A stretch of 64,000 nucleotides of DNA, taken from positions 30,264-94,263 of the forward strand of contig JAKPMO010000007.1 of the NCBI GenBank assembly GCA_029548865.1, in the 5' to 3' direction. The notes under the pieces are model-generated. The model saw only the letters and a program-made list of their open reading frames with translations, was not told the DNA's origin and searched no databases. A program made the position numbers and the translations under genes. This document shows positions 38,978 to 49,048 of this stretch, in pieces. This DNA comes from Caldisericota bacterium (GTDB taxonomy: Bacteria > Caldisericota > Caldisericia > JAAYUI01). Numbering within the stretch: position 1 is the stretch's first letter; every line of letters begins with the position of its first letter.

Positions 38978-39469
38978 TTAGATGCTTTTTGATATCATTT
39001 TGGCCCAAGATTCGACTTTTTGCCACTCCACAAAATCGCCTTCTGGGGTCTTCATTTGCTTCATGAGTAATCTTATCGGGAACGAAAGTTTGCTAAAATC
39101 TACCTTGCCTGCAAATATTTCATGGGCGACTGGTGTGCACTCGGCAATCATGGAATCAAGGTAGGTCTGGACTTCATGCAATTTGTCCGGCATAGTAATC
39201 ATCAAACAAACGCCAAAATAAAAAAGCTTTTTCTTTTGTAGATCGGGTTTTCTCTGCTTTACAAACTCTATTGCCTCACCAAGACATTTGCCAATCCTTA
39301 TTGCACTCCCGACAACCACGGCATCATAATCGTCAATATCAATATTTCTTTTGACTTGCGACACATCAACAGTGTGGCCGTCAGATTTGATAACGCTAGC
39401 GATTCTTTCAGCTACTTCACCAGTTGAACCGCACCTTGTTGCATAACACACCAAAATTTTCTTACCCAT
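38978..39469 (-). CDS. flavodoxin (short-chain)
   Basis: Start refined to MGKKILVCYATRCGSTGEVAE, the FMN phosphate-binding loop. ~163 aa. Confidence 0.75.
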   Translation of the reverse strand: MGKKILVCYATRCGSTGEVAERIASVIKSDGHTVDVSQVKRNIDIDDYDAVVVGSAIRIGKCLGEAIEFVKQRKPDLQKKKLFYFGVCLMITMPDKLHEVQTYLDSMIAECTPVAHEIFAGKVDFSKLSFPIRLLMKQMKTPEGDFVEWQKVESWAKMISKSI

Positions 39470-39573
39470 AGCAACCCCTTGGACACACAAAAAATGTTTT
39501 CGTTGCAAAAATTTATTTAAAAATAATAATCATTCTTTATTATCCCCAAACAAAATCGTTGGTAACTATTTTA

Positions 39574-39927
39574 TTACTGTTTCAAGTCTTCGTAAAGACC
39601 TATTTTATTACCATCAGGGTCAGCAAGAAAAGCATAGAAACCTATCCCTGAGAGTTCAGTCTTCCCAACGGAAACAGATCCGCCAAGGCCCGGGGCTTTT
39701 TCAAGATAATTCTCGATTCGGTCAGCATGAATGTAAAAAACTGGTGAGTTGCCAGGTTTAACTTTGTCAACCTCCATGATTCCACCGCTCTCTCCGTTAG
39801 ACATTTCAAACATCATGTAATCGTCGGTGGATTTCTCAAATTTCCAGTTAAACATCCCCTTGTAGAAGTTAACGGCCCTCTCAATGTTTGTGACATACCA
39901 CTCAATATAGATAAAACAATCTTTCAT
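39574..39927 (-). CDS. VOC/glyoxalase-family protein
   Basis: 'AVNFYKGMFNW...GFYAFLADPDGNKIGLYE'. Confidence 0.6.
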   Translation of the reverse strand: MKDCFIYIEWYVTNIERAVNFYKGMFNWKFEKSTDDYMMFEMSNGESGGIMEVDKVKPGNSPVFYIHADRIENYLEKAPGLGGSVSVGKTELSGIGFYAFLADPDGNKIGLYEDLKQ

Positions 39928-40232
39928 TTGGCTTCTCTCCTTCGTTTTGGTTCAGTATTATCTTTCCAGTTCCACCATTTTAAAAGTTCTGGCTTGTGGT
40001 TGGTGTTGCTGGCAAAATATATGGCACACCTGAAAACATACAATAAACACCTGTCCTGATGGCCTTTTTTGGTGCAAAGCAAATCATAGAGCTCCTGTGG
40101 GTCGCGATTCTTCAAATCGGACACCCTGTTTATTCCAAGCTCAATCAAATCTCCTGCGATGCTTTTGCCAACACCTGGTATTGAGGTGAGGCCATCACCA
40201 TTTTTCATGATTGGCTTTTCAACCCTACTCAA
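39924..40232 (-). CDS. helix-hairpin-helix DNA-binding domain protein
   Basis: 'LTSIPGVGKSIAGDLIELGI' HhH motif. 4-nt overlap with the downstream VOC gene. Confidence 0.5.
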   Translation of the reverse strand: MSRVEKPIMKNGDGLTSIPGVGKSIAGDLIELGINRVSDLKNRDPQELYDLLCTKKGHQDRCLLYVFRCAIYFASNTNHKPELLKWWNWKDNTEPKRRREAK

Positions 40233-40677
40233 GCGTCAGGCCAAGCTCAAATGTGAGCCTCTCTCCGGTTATTCCATCTTCTAAAATGCCCTCAATCCGG
40301 TATGGCCCCTTTTCACCGGTGAGCGTGACCTGGAATGGAAGAGCAAACTCTGTTTGTTTTTCATCATACGTTTTCATGTCGGAGAACACTTTTTGGGTAA
40401 AAATCAATTTGCCTTTGTTGTCTCTGACCTTGATAGTTTCCATGGGCCAACTTATGAATTTGTCTCCATCCGGATTGGACTGGAACCCCTGGACCTGGAC
40501 GTAAACATTGATGGTTTCCCCAGATTTGAAGGTTATCTTTTCCGCGGCCACATAATTATTCAGCCCCTTCACTGACTCTGCAAACTCGGCTTTTACAAGC
40601 TTGAGGTTTGGCTGTCCACATCCTGCAACGATGAAAGTGGCGGCAAGCAAAAAGAAAAACAAGTGTTTTTTTAGCAT
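40225..40677 (-). CDS. lipoprotein, function unknown
   Basis: Signal peptide plus lipobox 'FIVAGCGQ'. Overlaps neighbours at both ends (7-8 nt). Confidence 0.45.
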   Translation of the reverse strand: MLKKHLFFFLLAATFIVAGCGQPNLKLVKAEFAESVKGLNNYVAAEKITFKSGETINVYVQVQGFQSNPDGDKFISWPMETIKVRDNKGKLIFTQKVFSDMKTYDEKQTEFALPFQVTLTGEKGPYRIEGILEDGITGERLTFELGLTLE

Positions 40678-42452
40678 GGCTCCCTCCTGGTTATGGCGCC
40701 CTGTGCAATCCTGTTTATGATCTCTGGGCCAAATGCAAGATAGAAACTGATTGCATATGGCCTGTTGTTTACATAAAAAAGCGAGGTCAGTTGTTCAAAC
40801 CTTTTCAGAATGCCAACTGATACAAGCTTTATTGCCATTTCAACATTAAGAAGTTCTTCTGCTTTCTGAAAATCGGCCATTTTTTCCCTACGCTCGGAGA
40901 GGAGAACTTCCCTTGTTTCAATCAACTCTTTCAGCTTTGCATATGTTCGCGCTGTAAGGGGCTTCGATATCCCGGCTATATTACCCAATTTTGTCATCTT
41001 TGGCGTAACAGGATTCGGCAGGGCATCTTCATATTCATAAATGGCATATTTTGCCAGCGTAAGCAATTGCCCTTCGTCAAAATGGAGGCTCTCAAGCATC
41101 TCCTTTGCCGCCGTTGCCTCCTCTTTCCAGTGTCTGGCAATCCAGGAAGCAGCTCGTGCCTCTCCCCAAAACGCCTTCAAAAAAGGTGGAAGAAAAATCT
41201 CTTCATCACCGAGTAGTTCCATCGTGTCAATTGCACGCAACCCTATCCTCAAAAATTCCCCACTGGGATAATTTATCCCTCTTGATTGTAATTCTTTTGT
41301 GAGATGGCCAACCATCGGGGCATACTTCGAACCTTGCTCCGGTAGCGAAATGACCTTTGGTGGCCTGCTCAATTCAGCAAGGAGCGGGCCAGCCTTGCCA
41401 ATGAGGGTGTGGCAACCAAAAAGTCCAACGAGGCCATTTTTGAGCTCATCTAATGAAGGGGGATTTGAAATGGTCATTGTTTTTGGCTCAGCATTGCGAT
41501 ATGTCATTTTCAGAATAAGCTTCTCGCCGAAATGCGCCCTGATGTGCCATCTGACAAGACGCCCCTCATACTCACATTCAATGTAATAGGGAAGTTCCAT
41601 CACACCATCCCTAAGCTTAAGCCTTTTTAATGGAAGGTGGGTCTTATTGAGCGCCTCGTTGTAGCTTTCAACAAATGCTTTGGTGTTTCTTAGAAGAGTG
41701 AGGAGCACGATATGGTTTATCTCGCCCTTTACATCAAAAACCTCCGATGCTCTCATTATTTTAGGCGGAGCAATATTGAAAAACTCTGAAAAACCAAACC
41801 TCCAGAAGGTCTCCTGCAAATCCGAGATTGTGGCTTCTGGTTTTGATGAAAGAAGGTCTTTTGTCATGCCAAGTATCTTCTTGGCCCTTACTTTAACATC
41901 AGGCCATTTTTCTCTCGAAACCGACTGGAGGGCTCCCCTGTAACAAGCAAGGAACATAAAATAATATCTCTCCAGGAGACTGTCATCGGCGAGTCTGTAG
42001 GACGATATGGATTTTTCATCCTGTGTTGTTGGCACAATACCTACATATCTTTCGCCTTCAGTAAGGCCTCTCAGCATCTGGCCAGGTCTCAAGTTAATGC
42101 CGAGATCGCCAAGCTCTTTTTCCATCCCAAAGAGTTTTGCGACTCTTTCATATGAATCAATCGCCCCCTTGAGTGAAAACCCAAACCTTTTATAGATATA
42201 GGGCTCCACAGGTAAAGCATAGAATGGGCCTGAAGATGTATCCTGATGGATCCATACGGCACCCGTAAGCTTTCCGCAATAGTCGGTCGTGAGAGCAAAT
42301 TTACTGTTATACTCCAATTTGTAATCGGCCGTTCCAAGCTTTTCGTCCTGTATAAAAAATGTCGCACTGCCAGCCAGATCAAGCAGTGCCTTTGCCACAA
42401 GAAGAGCGTCCCATGAAAGATTCTGGTCTCCTTTGTAATAGCGGGTATCCAT
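40671..42452 (-). CDS. uncharacterised 593-aa cytoplasmic protein
   Basis: Long ORF with no recognisable catalytic motifs. First gene of an overlapping 4-gene minus-strand operon. Confidence 0.4.
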   Translation of the reverse strand: MDTRYYKGDQNLSWDALLVAKALLDLAGSATFFIQDEKLGTADYKLEYNSKFALTTDYCGKLTGAVWIHQDTSSGPFYALPVEPYIYKRFGFSLKGAIDSYERVAKLFGMEKELGDLGINLRPGQMLRGLTEGERYVGIVPTTQDEKSISSYRLADDSLLERYYFMFLACYRGALQSVSREKWPDVKVRAKKILGMTKDLLSSKPEATISDLQETFWRFGFSEFFNIAPPKIMRASEVFDVKGEINHIVLLTLLRNTKAFVESYNEALNKTHLPLKRLKLRDGVMELPYYIECEYEGRLVRWHIRAHFGEKLILKMTYRNAEPKTMTISNPPSLDELKNGLVGLFGCHTLIGKAGPLLAELSRPPKVISLPEQGSKYAPMVGHLTKELQSRGINYPSGEFLRIGLRAIDTMELLGDEEIFLPPFLKAFWGEARAASWIARHWKEEATAAKEMLESLHFDEGQLLTLAKYAIYEYEDALPNPVTPKMTKLGNIAGISKPLTARTYAKLKELIETREVLLSERREKMADFQKAEELLNVEMAIKLVSVGILKRFEQLTSLFYVNNRPYAISFYLAFGPEIINRIAQGAITRREPC

Positions 42453-42474
42453 AATCAGATATTAACTGAAAATC

Positions 42475-43635
42475 TTGCCAGTTTCCATAAAGCCCTTTGA
42501 CAACCGGTATCCTGAATGTAAAATCACTTCCGTGAAAAAGAACTATCTCAGGATAATCATTTTGTCTGTCATAGCCTTAGGGCTTGTGGCCGGTGCAACA
42601 CTTACACTGGTGGAATACTTTAAAAACAAGACCACAGAAGATACAAAAACAGTGGAAAGACCTGTCTCCCAGCCAAAAATTAAAGGCCCAACAGGTGTGG
42701 TGGCAAAGGTCGGAGACATTGAAGTGCCATTGTCAGTTTTTTCACAGCTGGTCAACACCACCAGACAACAGGCCCTCGCTGAAGGAACAGATATAGATGA
42801 CTCAAAAAACGCTTCAATGCTGCAAGCAGCCAGGGAAGACGCGCTGAACCAGCTTGTAGAATATGCTGTTTATGAAAACTACGCAAAGAAAAACGGTATT
42901 CTTCCAACATCAAAAGAGATTGACGCAGCTATTGCTTCGGAGATAGATGCAAGAGTCCATCAGGCAGGTTCAAGGCAATCACTCGAAAAACAGCTCACCG
43001 ATCTCGGCGGGATCGAAGGACTCAAGGAAACAATCAAGGGTGATCCAATATTTCTCAGGCAAGTGATCAGACAAAAGGTGTCAGACAACATTACTAAAGA
43101 CCTAAAGGTAACAAAAGACCAGGCAAAAGAATTTTTTGAATCAAAATTACTGGGACTTTCACAAATAGTGGTGCTTTACGACGAGAAGATTGACGGCAAG
43201 GAGCTCTATGAGCCAACAAAAAAATACGCCGAGAGCCTCAAGGCCATGATCGGGAAAGACAAGACCTTTGCAGATGTGGCAACAATGTACTCCGAGGAGA
43301 GGGAAAGCGGCCAGAATGGCGGCAGGATGTCGCAACTAATGCCAAAGGGTTACCTCCCCCCACAAATGGAAAAGGTGGCGTTCTCGTTGAAGATTGGCGA
43401 AATCTCGGATGTAATTGAGACCAATGGCAGTTTTGTAATACTGAAGCTGGACTACGAAACCTACGCCTGGGACTATTTCTTCACTGACAGCGGCAAGAAA
43501 CCTAAACCCAACTTTGAGGTTGTCTGGAAAGACGTTGTAAACTATCTTTACACGATCAAGAAGATAGAGGCAGAAAATAATTGGTACCAGAAATACGCTG
43601 ACTCCATCAAGATAGATGTATATCTGGAGCTGTAG
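42475..43635 (+). CDS. membrane-anchored parvulin-type peptidyl-prolyl isomerase (PrsA/PpiD-like)
   Basis: N-terminal TM. SurA-N-like helical region. PpiC domain 'GGRMSQLMPKGYLPPQMEKVAFSLKIGEISDVIETNGSFVILKL'. Confidence 0.7.
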   Translation: MPVSIKPFDNRYPECKITSVKKNYLRIIILSVIALGLVAGATLTLVEYFKNKTTEDTKTVERPVSQPKIKGPTGVVAKVGDIEVPLSVFSQLVNTTRQQALAEGTDIDDSKNASMLQAAREDALNQLVEYAVYENYAKKNGILPTSKEIDAAIASEIDARVHQAGSRQSLEKQLTDLGGIEGLKETIKGDPIFLRQVIRQKVSDNITKDLKVTKDQAKEFFESKLLGLSQIVVLYDEKIDGKELYEPTKKYAESLKAMIGKDKTFADVATMYSEERESGQNGGRMSQLMPKGYLPPQMEKVAFSLKIGEISDVIETNGSFVILKLDYETYAWDYFFTDSGKKPKPNFEVVWKDVVNYLYTIKKIEAENNWYQKYADSIKIDVYLEL

Positions 43636-43661
43636 GGCCAAGGTTAGAATCTTATAAAATA

Positions 43662-44420
43662 CTATACTTTTTTGGCTTCTATCTTCAGGCTTTCTAGAGG
43701 AATGTTCTGATACTGTCTTTCACTGATATCCTTGTCCTCTGAAAGGACATTGACTTCAAAACCTGCTTTTCCCACTATTGCCAGGTAATCGTCCCTCAGC
43801 AGGGCCCCACCCACGCATCCTGCTATCAGCTCTTCATTTCTTTTTTGCTCTGGCGTGAGGTCTTTCAGCAAAACAATGTCTGAAATATACATCCTGCCAC
43901 CCTTTTTAAGCACACGGAAGGCCTCGCTAAAGACTTTTGGCTTGTCTGGAGCAAGGTTGATGACACAATTGCTTATGATGACATCGACGGAGTTGCTTTC
44001 AACAGGCAATTTTTCTATGTCTCCAAGCTTGAATTCGACATTTTCAAAACCATGCTTTTTGGCATTCTGACCCGCCCTGTCAATCATTTCCTGGGTCATG
44101 TCCACACCAATCACATGACCCTTATCGCCAACTTTTTTTGCGGCCAGGAAGCAGTCAAAACCAGCACCAGAACCCAAATCAAGGACAGTTTCACCCTCCC
44201 TGATACTTCCCATTCCAGTTGGATTGCCACAGCCAAGGCCAAGATTGGCCTCTGAAGCAAATGCTATCTCCGAATCAGTATATCCAAGGCTTTTTGCAAT
44301 CTGTGCATTGGTGATGTTAGTGCCACAACCACAACTGCTTCCACAGCACCCAGACCCGTTTTTGGCTGCGATTTCGCCGTAGTGCTTTTGTATGACCTGC
44401 TTTATTTCATCTTTTTCCAT
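43662..44420 (-). CDS. arsM: arsenite S-adenosylmethionine methyltransferase
   Basis: N-terminal 'CCGSSCGCG'. SAM motif 'VLDLGSGAGFD'. C-terminal Cys. Confidence 0.7.
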   Translation of the reverse strand: MEKDEIKQVIQKHYGEIAAKNGSGCCGSSCGCGTNITNAQIAKSLGYTDSEIAFASEANLGLGCGNPTGMGSIREGETVLDLGSGAGFDCFLAAKKVGDKGHVIGVDMTQEMIDRAGQNAKKHGFENVEFKLGDIEKLPVESNSVDVIISNCVINLAPDKPKVFSEAFRVLKKGGRMYISDIVLLKDLTPEQKRNEELIAGCVGGALLRDDYLAIVGKAGFEVNVLSEDKDISERQYQNIPLESLKIEAKKV

Positions 44421-44510
44421 AATTATTACCTCCTGCCTGGTTGGACACCTTAAAAGATATAAACTGTTTTAACAAATTCTCCGCTAAGTGGTAGTATCAG
44501 TCAAACACTT

Positions 44511-45773
44511 TCACGGAATATTTCTAGGCAACATATCAATAAATTCTGGTTTATCTTTTTCAATTCTGAAGCTGCTGAACTTTACAAGATATACTCCATT
44601 CATACAAAATAGATGTATGTATTGCATTCCATCGACGTAGCATCTGGCAACGGAAATTATTTCATCCTTTATGGGCCAAATATTGTAAAGCAATAAATGT
44701 TGGTTGCTAAAATCGGACAGAATTGACAATTTTGTGTATCGACCAGATTTTTTCTGAAATAGATTTGGGTAAGCAGTCATTTCATGCCTTATGGAATCAA
44801 GCGTCACCACAGGAACATAATCCTTTAATTCGGGAACCAAGAGATTGAAATAGCACTTGTAATTACATTTAGGATTTGGTTTTGGAAAGAGATCAGAAAC
44901 CCTGATTCTCGGTTCTATTGTGTAAATACCCTTATCTGTTGGGAAAGCCCTGTAATCTGCACTCTTGCCAAGCACCTTGATGTCTCTTTTCAAGGCAAGG
45001 AAAAGATTGTCATTATCATCATAATCGAAATAGAAAACTGATTTGCCGTCACATATTGAAATAGCTTTTGGCATTTCCTCAAAGCTCGCATATGGCTGTG
45101 TATCAAGGATTGTTTTTGATAGATCACCAACCTGACCCAAACTGATTACCTGGATTTCCTTTAGCTCTCTTGTCTGCGAGAACCTGTGGAGATTTTCACC
45201 ATCATAAGCCATGAAAATTCTGGGAAGAAAATGCATTGGCTTTTTAAATGTTATCTTGTTGGCAAATCCCCCATTTTGATATACATAAACTGCTTTTTTG
45301 TCATCTGTCTGACAAAAAACAAGATCATCTTCGTAGTACAATCTTTTATAGTTATTCCCAATAATTGTGGTGATTTCTTTTGGAATTGGCACGTCAAATA
45401 TTTTGTCACCAGAAATGCCATATCTAGCTAAATATCTTGAATTGCTAATATCATGCAAGAAGTATAAGTCAAGATCTGTCTTTGGAGATACCAGTCGTGA
45501 GACAATTTTGCCTTCAACGGTGAAAATCTCCCGCACGCTGTTCAGCCCAGGGTCATCATAAGTGTAAACAGTGGACTCCTCTAGTGTGATTGGTTTTATA
45601 CCATTTACTAGATGATGTTTATCTTTATCATAATTAAGAAAGTATCCGATTAACTCGCCTTTTATTCTATTTCTGCTCAATCGTTTTACTGGCAGGTCAT
45701 ATAAACCACAACCTGCAATTGTTGAACAGAGCAGAACCAGCAAGATGGCTTTTGTAAAAATATTGCTTTTCAT
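44511..45773 (-). CDS. lipoprotein, function unknown
   Basis: Signal peptide plus lipobox 'STIAGCG'. 420 aa. Confidence 0.45.
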   Translation of the reverse strand: MKSNIFTKAILLVLLCSTIAGCGLYDLPVKRLSRNRIKGELIGYFLNYDKDKHHLVNGIKPITLEESTVYTYDDPGLNSVREIFTVEGKIVSRLVSPKTDLDLYFLHDISNSRYLARYGISGDKIFDVPIPKEITTIIGNNYKRLYYEDDLVFCQTDDKKAVYVYQNGGFANKITFKKPMHFLPRIFMAYDGENLHRFSQTRELKEIQVISLGQVGDLSKTILDTQPYASFEEMPKAISICDGKSVFYFDYDDNDNLFLALKRDIKVLGKSADYRAFPTDKGIYTIEPRIRVSDLFPKPNPKCNYKCYFNLLVPELKDYVPVVTLDSIRHEMTAYPNLFQKKSGRYTKLSILSDFSNQHLLLYNIWPIKDEIISVARCYVDGMQYIHLFCMNGVYLVKFSSFRIEKDKPEFIDMLPRNIP

Positions 45774-45803
45774 TTTGCTCTTTCCTTCCTGCCTGCCATT
45801 TAG

Positions 45804-47453
45804 CTATTCATCTATCTGAGCATAGCGCCTTGTGGCCAACTCCAAAAGGTCTTTCTTTGAAACAATCCCAAGGAGTTTCTTCGGATTAGATGGGGACACA
45901 ACAAGCAGCCTCCCAATCTCATTCTCAGACATTTCAGCAACGCAGTCTGAGAGGACCGCATCGGGTGTTATAGTGACAAGATCGGTTGAGCAAAATGATC
46001 CAACGGGTTTTTCCAGGTCAGCTGTCGTGACATTACTTCTTAGATCAGAAAGTGTTATCACTCCAAAAAGGTTCTTTCCATCAAGAACTGGGAGCCCAGA
46101 GAGATGACTGTTTCTCATCAGATCGATGGCTTTTTTTACAGACTCCTGCTGATCTATTGTTATCAGGTTAGATGACATGACATCAGTAATCTTCGTTTCG
46201 GAGGGGTTCTGGAACTGGCCGAGTTTACTCTGTATCCCCCTTTTGTGGAGCCCTTCCTGGTATATTGACCTTGGAGAGAGCTTTATTGAGAGGAGTGATG
46301 CCACAGAAGTTGCCATTACAACAGGAACTATGAGCGTCATTTGCCCGGTCATTTCAAGCGCAAGCAGAACTGATGTGAGCGGGGCATGAAAAGCTGATGC
46401 CAGTTGAGCACAAATGCCCGCGAAAACAAAAGCTGGCAGATAGGCCGGGGCAATCGGGGCAAAAGCGGCACCGATAAAAGCACCGATAAATATTGCAGGC
46501 GCAAGGTCACCACCTGCCCCACCAAGCCCAAGAACGACCGACGAGCCAACAATTTTTACGCCAACAATGCAAAGTGAAATCAGCACAGGCTTTACAGTTT
46601 CAAGCGCCTCTCCGATCGCCCCAAAACCTGGGCCCCAGATCTCTGGTATGAAAATCGCTATAGCTCCCGTAACAAGACCACCAATCAGCGGGCCAAATAT
46701 CTGCCAGTATTTGACTTTGTTTCTGTTTCTTTCCAGATAGGACATAAACTTGGCCCATATAAAAGACACGATGGCGCAGGAAATGCCTATCAATGCGAAT
46801 ACTATCAGGTGGATCGTCCTCGGCGCAAGAAAAGACGGGATCGGAAAAAGTGGCTTAATGCCAATTATCTTTGAGAACAGGAAAGCGCTGCCACTAGATA
46901 GCGCAAGCATTGAGAAGGTATATGGGCTATATTCCATCAGAACAACCTCGATCACAAAAGCAATGCCGGCTAAAGGGGAAAGAAATACTGATGCAATGCC
47001 AGCTGCAGCACCACAGCCAATCAACAAGCGCCTTCTTCTGTGTGGTATATTTAGGTACTGCCCAACAAATGCCGCAACCGTACCACCAAGCATTATGACT
47101 GTTCCGGAACCAACAGGATTGCCACCGACAATCGAGATCGCGGCAAGAACTGGTTTGAGGAGCGATGACGGTTTTGCAAGTATCCTTCTCTTGAGGTTTG
47201 CGCCAGCTATCGTGTCAACAACAGCCCCGGCGCCACTTATTCCAAGGAAATATGAAACTGATCCAACGATGAGACCACTCAATGACGGTATGGCAATGAC
47301 CCAGATTGCACTCATTTTTTCAGGATTGAAGTAACTGCCAAGACTCAGCGTCAGCTGAAATCCATAAACAGCCAGGCATGCAAGGCCACCTAATGCGAAC
47401 GCCAGCAATGCGTCAAACCAGTAGCTTATCTTTTCATGGTGTATGTAACTCAC
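45804..47453 (-). CDS. ClC-family chloride channel/transporter with C-terminal CBS pair
   Basis: Polytopic N-terminus with ClC-like Gly-rich loops. Two C-terminal CBS motifs ('GLPVLDGKNLFGVITLSDL', 'LLGIVSKKDLL'). Confidence 0.65.
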   Translation of the reverse strand: MSYIHHEKISYWFDALLAFALGGLACLAVYGFQLTLSLGSYFNPEKMSAIWVIAIPSLSGLIVGSVSYFLGISGAGAVVDTIAGANLKRRILAKPSSLLKPVLAAISIVGGNPVGSGTVIMLGGTVAAFVGQYLNIPHRRRRLLIGCGAAAGIASVFLSPLAGIAFVIEVVLMEYSPYTFSMLALSSGSAFLFSKIIGIKPLFPIPSFLAPRTIHLIVFALIGISCAIVSFIWAKFMSYLERNRNKVKYWQIFGPLIGGLVTGAIAIFIPEIWGPGFGAIGEALETVKPVLISLCIVGVKIVGSSVVLGLGGAGGDLAPAIFIGAFIGAAFAPIAPAYLPAFVFAGICAQLASAFHAPLTSVLLALEMTGQMTLIVPVVMATSVASLLSIKLSPRSIYQEGLHKRGIQSKLGQFQNPSETKITDVMSSNLITIDQQESVKKAIDLMRNSHLSGLPVLDGKNLFGVITLSDLRSNVTTADLEKPVGSFCSTDLVTITPDAVLSDCVAEMSENEIGRLLVVSPSNPKKLLGIVSKKDLLELATRRYAQIDE

Positions 47454-47638
47454 GGGAAGTTAGATACACCGCTTGAGCATTTTGACAATAAAATATTTGG
47501 AGACCATATTGCTTTAATATAAATAAACACGCCTAAGCAAGAAAAATTGAAGATTCCAAAAAACCTGCTACAACATATAAATAAAGATGAATTTGATAAT
47601 CAAGACTAATACCATATAATTCACCCAAAGGAGGAAAA

Positions 47639-48094
47639 ATGAATATTGGAGACACACTACCAGATTTCACACTGACCGACCACAATAAAAAAGAATGGAG
47701 CAAAAAATTGCTGGAAGGAAAAACAGCCCTTCTCTCCTGGCACCCGCTGGCATGGACAAAAGTTTGCGCCCAACAGATGCAATCCTTGGAAGAGCATGCA
47801 AATGATTTTGAAAAAATGGGCGTTATTGCACTCGGCCTGAGCGTTGATACAGTCCCAAGCAAACGCGCCTGGGCAAAAGAACTCGGAATAGAGAAAACGC
47901 CGCTCCTGTCAGATTTCTGGCCCCATGGGCATTTTGCCTCGCTGCTTGGCATATTCAGGAAAGATGATGGTTTCTCGGAGCGGACAAATATAGTTGTAGA
48001 TGGCAAAGGAACAATAAAGTTCATCAAAATCTATCCTATATCAGAACTTCCTGATATCGCGGAAATAATTGGGGGGCTTGGAAAATGGATGTAA
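47639..48094 (+). CDS. AhpC/TSA-family peroxiredoxin-like protein
   Basis: 'HPLAWTKVC' peroxidatic Cys context. GGAGG RBS. 151 aa. Confidence 0.55.
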   Translation: MNIGDTLPDFTLTDHNKKEWSKKLLEGKTALLSWHPLAWTKVCAQQMQSLEEHANDFEKMGVIALGLSVDTVPSKRAWAKELGIEKTPLLSDFWPHGHFASLLGIFRKDDGFSERTNIVVDGKGTIKFIKIYPISELPDIAEIIGGLGKWM

Positions 48095-48675
48095 AAGATG
48101 CAATTTTGGCAAGAAGGGCTTACAGATCACTGGAAAAAGCAGAGATAACTGATGCACTCGTCGAAGATCTGATTGGTTTTCTAAAACTTGCGCCATCATG
48201 CTTCAACAACCAGCCCTGGCGCTTTATTTTTGTAAAAAACCCGGATGTGCTCCTTCAAATGCAGCAGGTGATGTCCAAGGGCAACGAGTGGACGTTCAAA
48301 GACTCGATGATTGTCGTGGTATTGTCCAAAAAGGAAAACGACTGCGTAATATACGATAGGGAATATCACCTCTTTGACACCGGCATGGCAGTAGGATTCA
48401 TGATACTCAGGGCCACAGAACTCGGACTGGTTGCACACCCGATTGCAGGATACAGCCCCAAAAAAACCAGGGCAGTCCTGGGGATACCTGATGACTGGCA
48501 AGTCATTACGCTGGTCAATGTAGGGAAACACTCGGCAGAGCTCAACCCGGTCATGTCCGAAAAACAGGTTGCAGACGAAAAAACAAGGCCAGAGAGGCTC
48601 CCAAATGACGAAATAGCAAGTATTGACAAGTTTGACCCAAAACTTGAACGCACAAAACCACTTCAAGACAGCTAA
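48085..48675 (+). CDS. nitroreductase-family protein
   Basis: 'SCFNNQPWRFIFV' is the FMN-binding signature. Confidence 0.8.
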   Translation: MDVKDAILARRAYRSLEKAEITDALVEDLIGFLKLAPSCFNNQPWRFIFVKNPDVLLQMQQVMSKGNEWTFKDSMIVVVLSKKENDCVIYDREYHLFDTGMAVGFMILRATELGLVAHPIAGYSPKKTRAVLGIPDDWQVITLVNVGKHSAELNPVMSEKQVADEKTRPERLPNDEIASIDKFDPKLERTKPLQDS

Positions 48676-49048
48676 AAGGAGACAAGATGAAGAAAAAGCC
48701 AGCTTCGATCCAGAGGGCAACCGCCCTGCACATCTGTGACAGCGTGAGGACTGCTGCCCTGCCAAAATGGTGGACGACCACGTACTGGGGTTGCAAGATC
48801 TGCATGGCAAGTTCCGGTGGTGTCTCCGAAAAACTCTGGATCTCAAGGCGGAAAGGGAACAGGGGCTGTGCTTTTGTGAACAAGGCGCATTTACTCCGAA
48901 AAAAGCGCTAGACTAAATCCAAAACCAGTATCAGACGGTTTTTTACCAGTTTGACTTCAAAACAACAAAAAGATATTATTAATTTCCTCACATTTTTCTT
49001 ACAATCATCAATAATAATTAGGGCCATCAAACAACCGGAAGGTAGGAA

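Noticed and set aside
48687-48911. 74-aa ORF downstream of the nitroreductase gene
   Set aside because: No SD, and composition unlike neighbouring genes. It is probably non-coding 3' region, and is followed by a weak AAAACC...GGTTTTTT hairpin.
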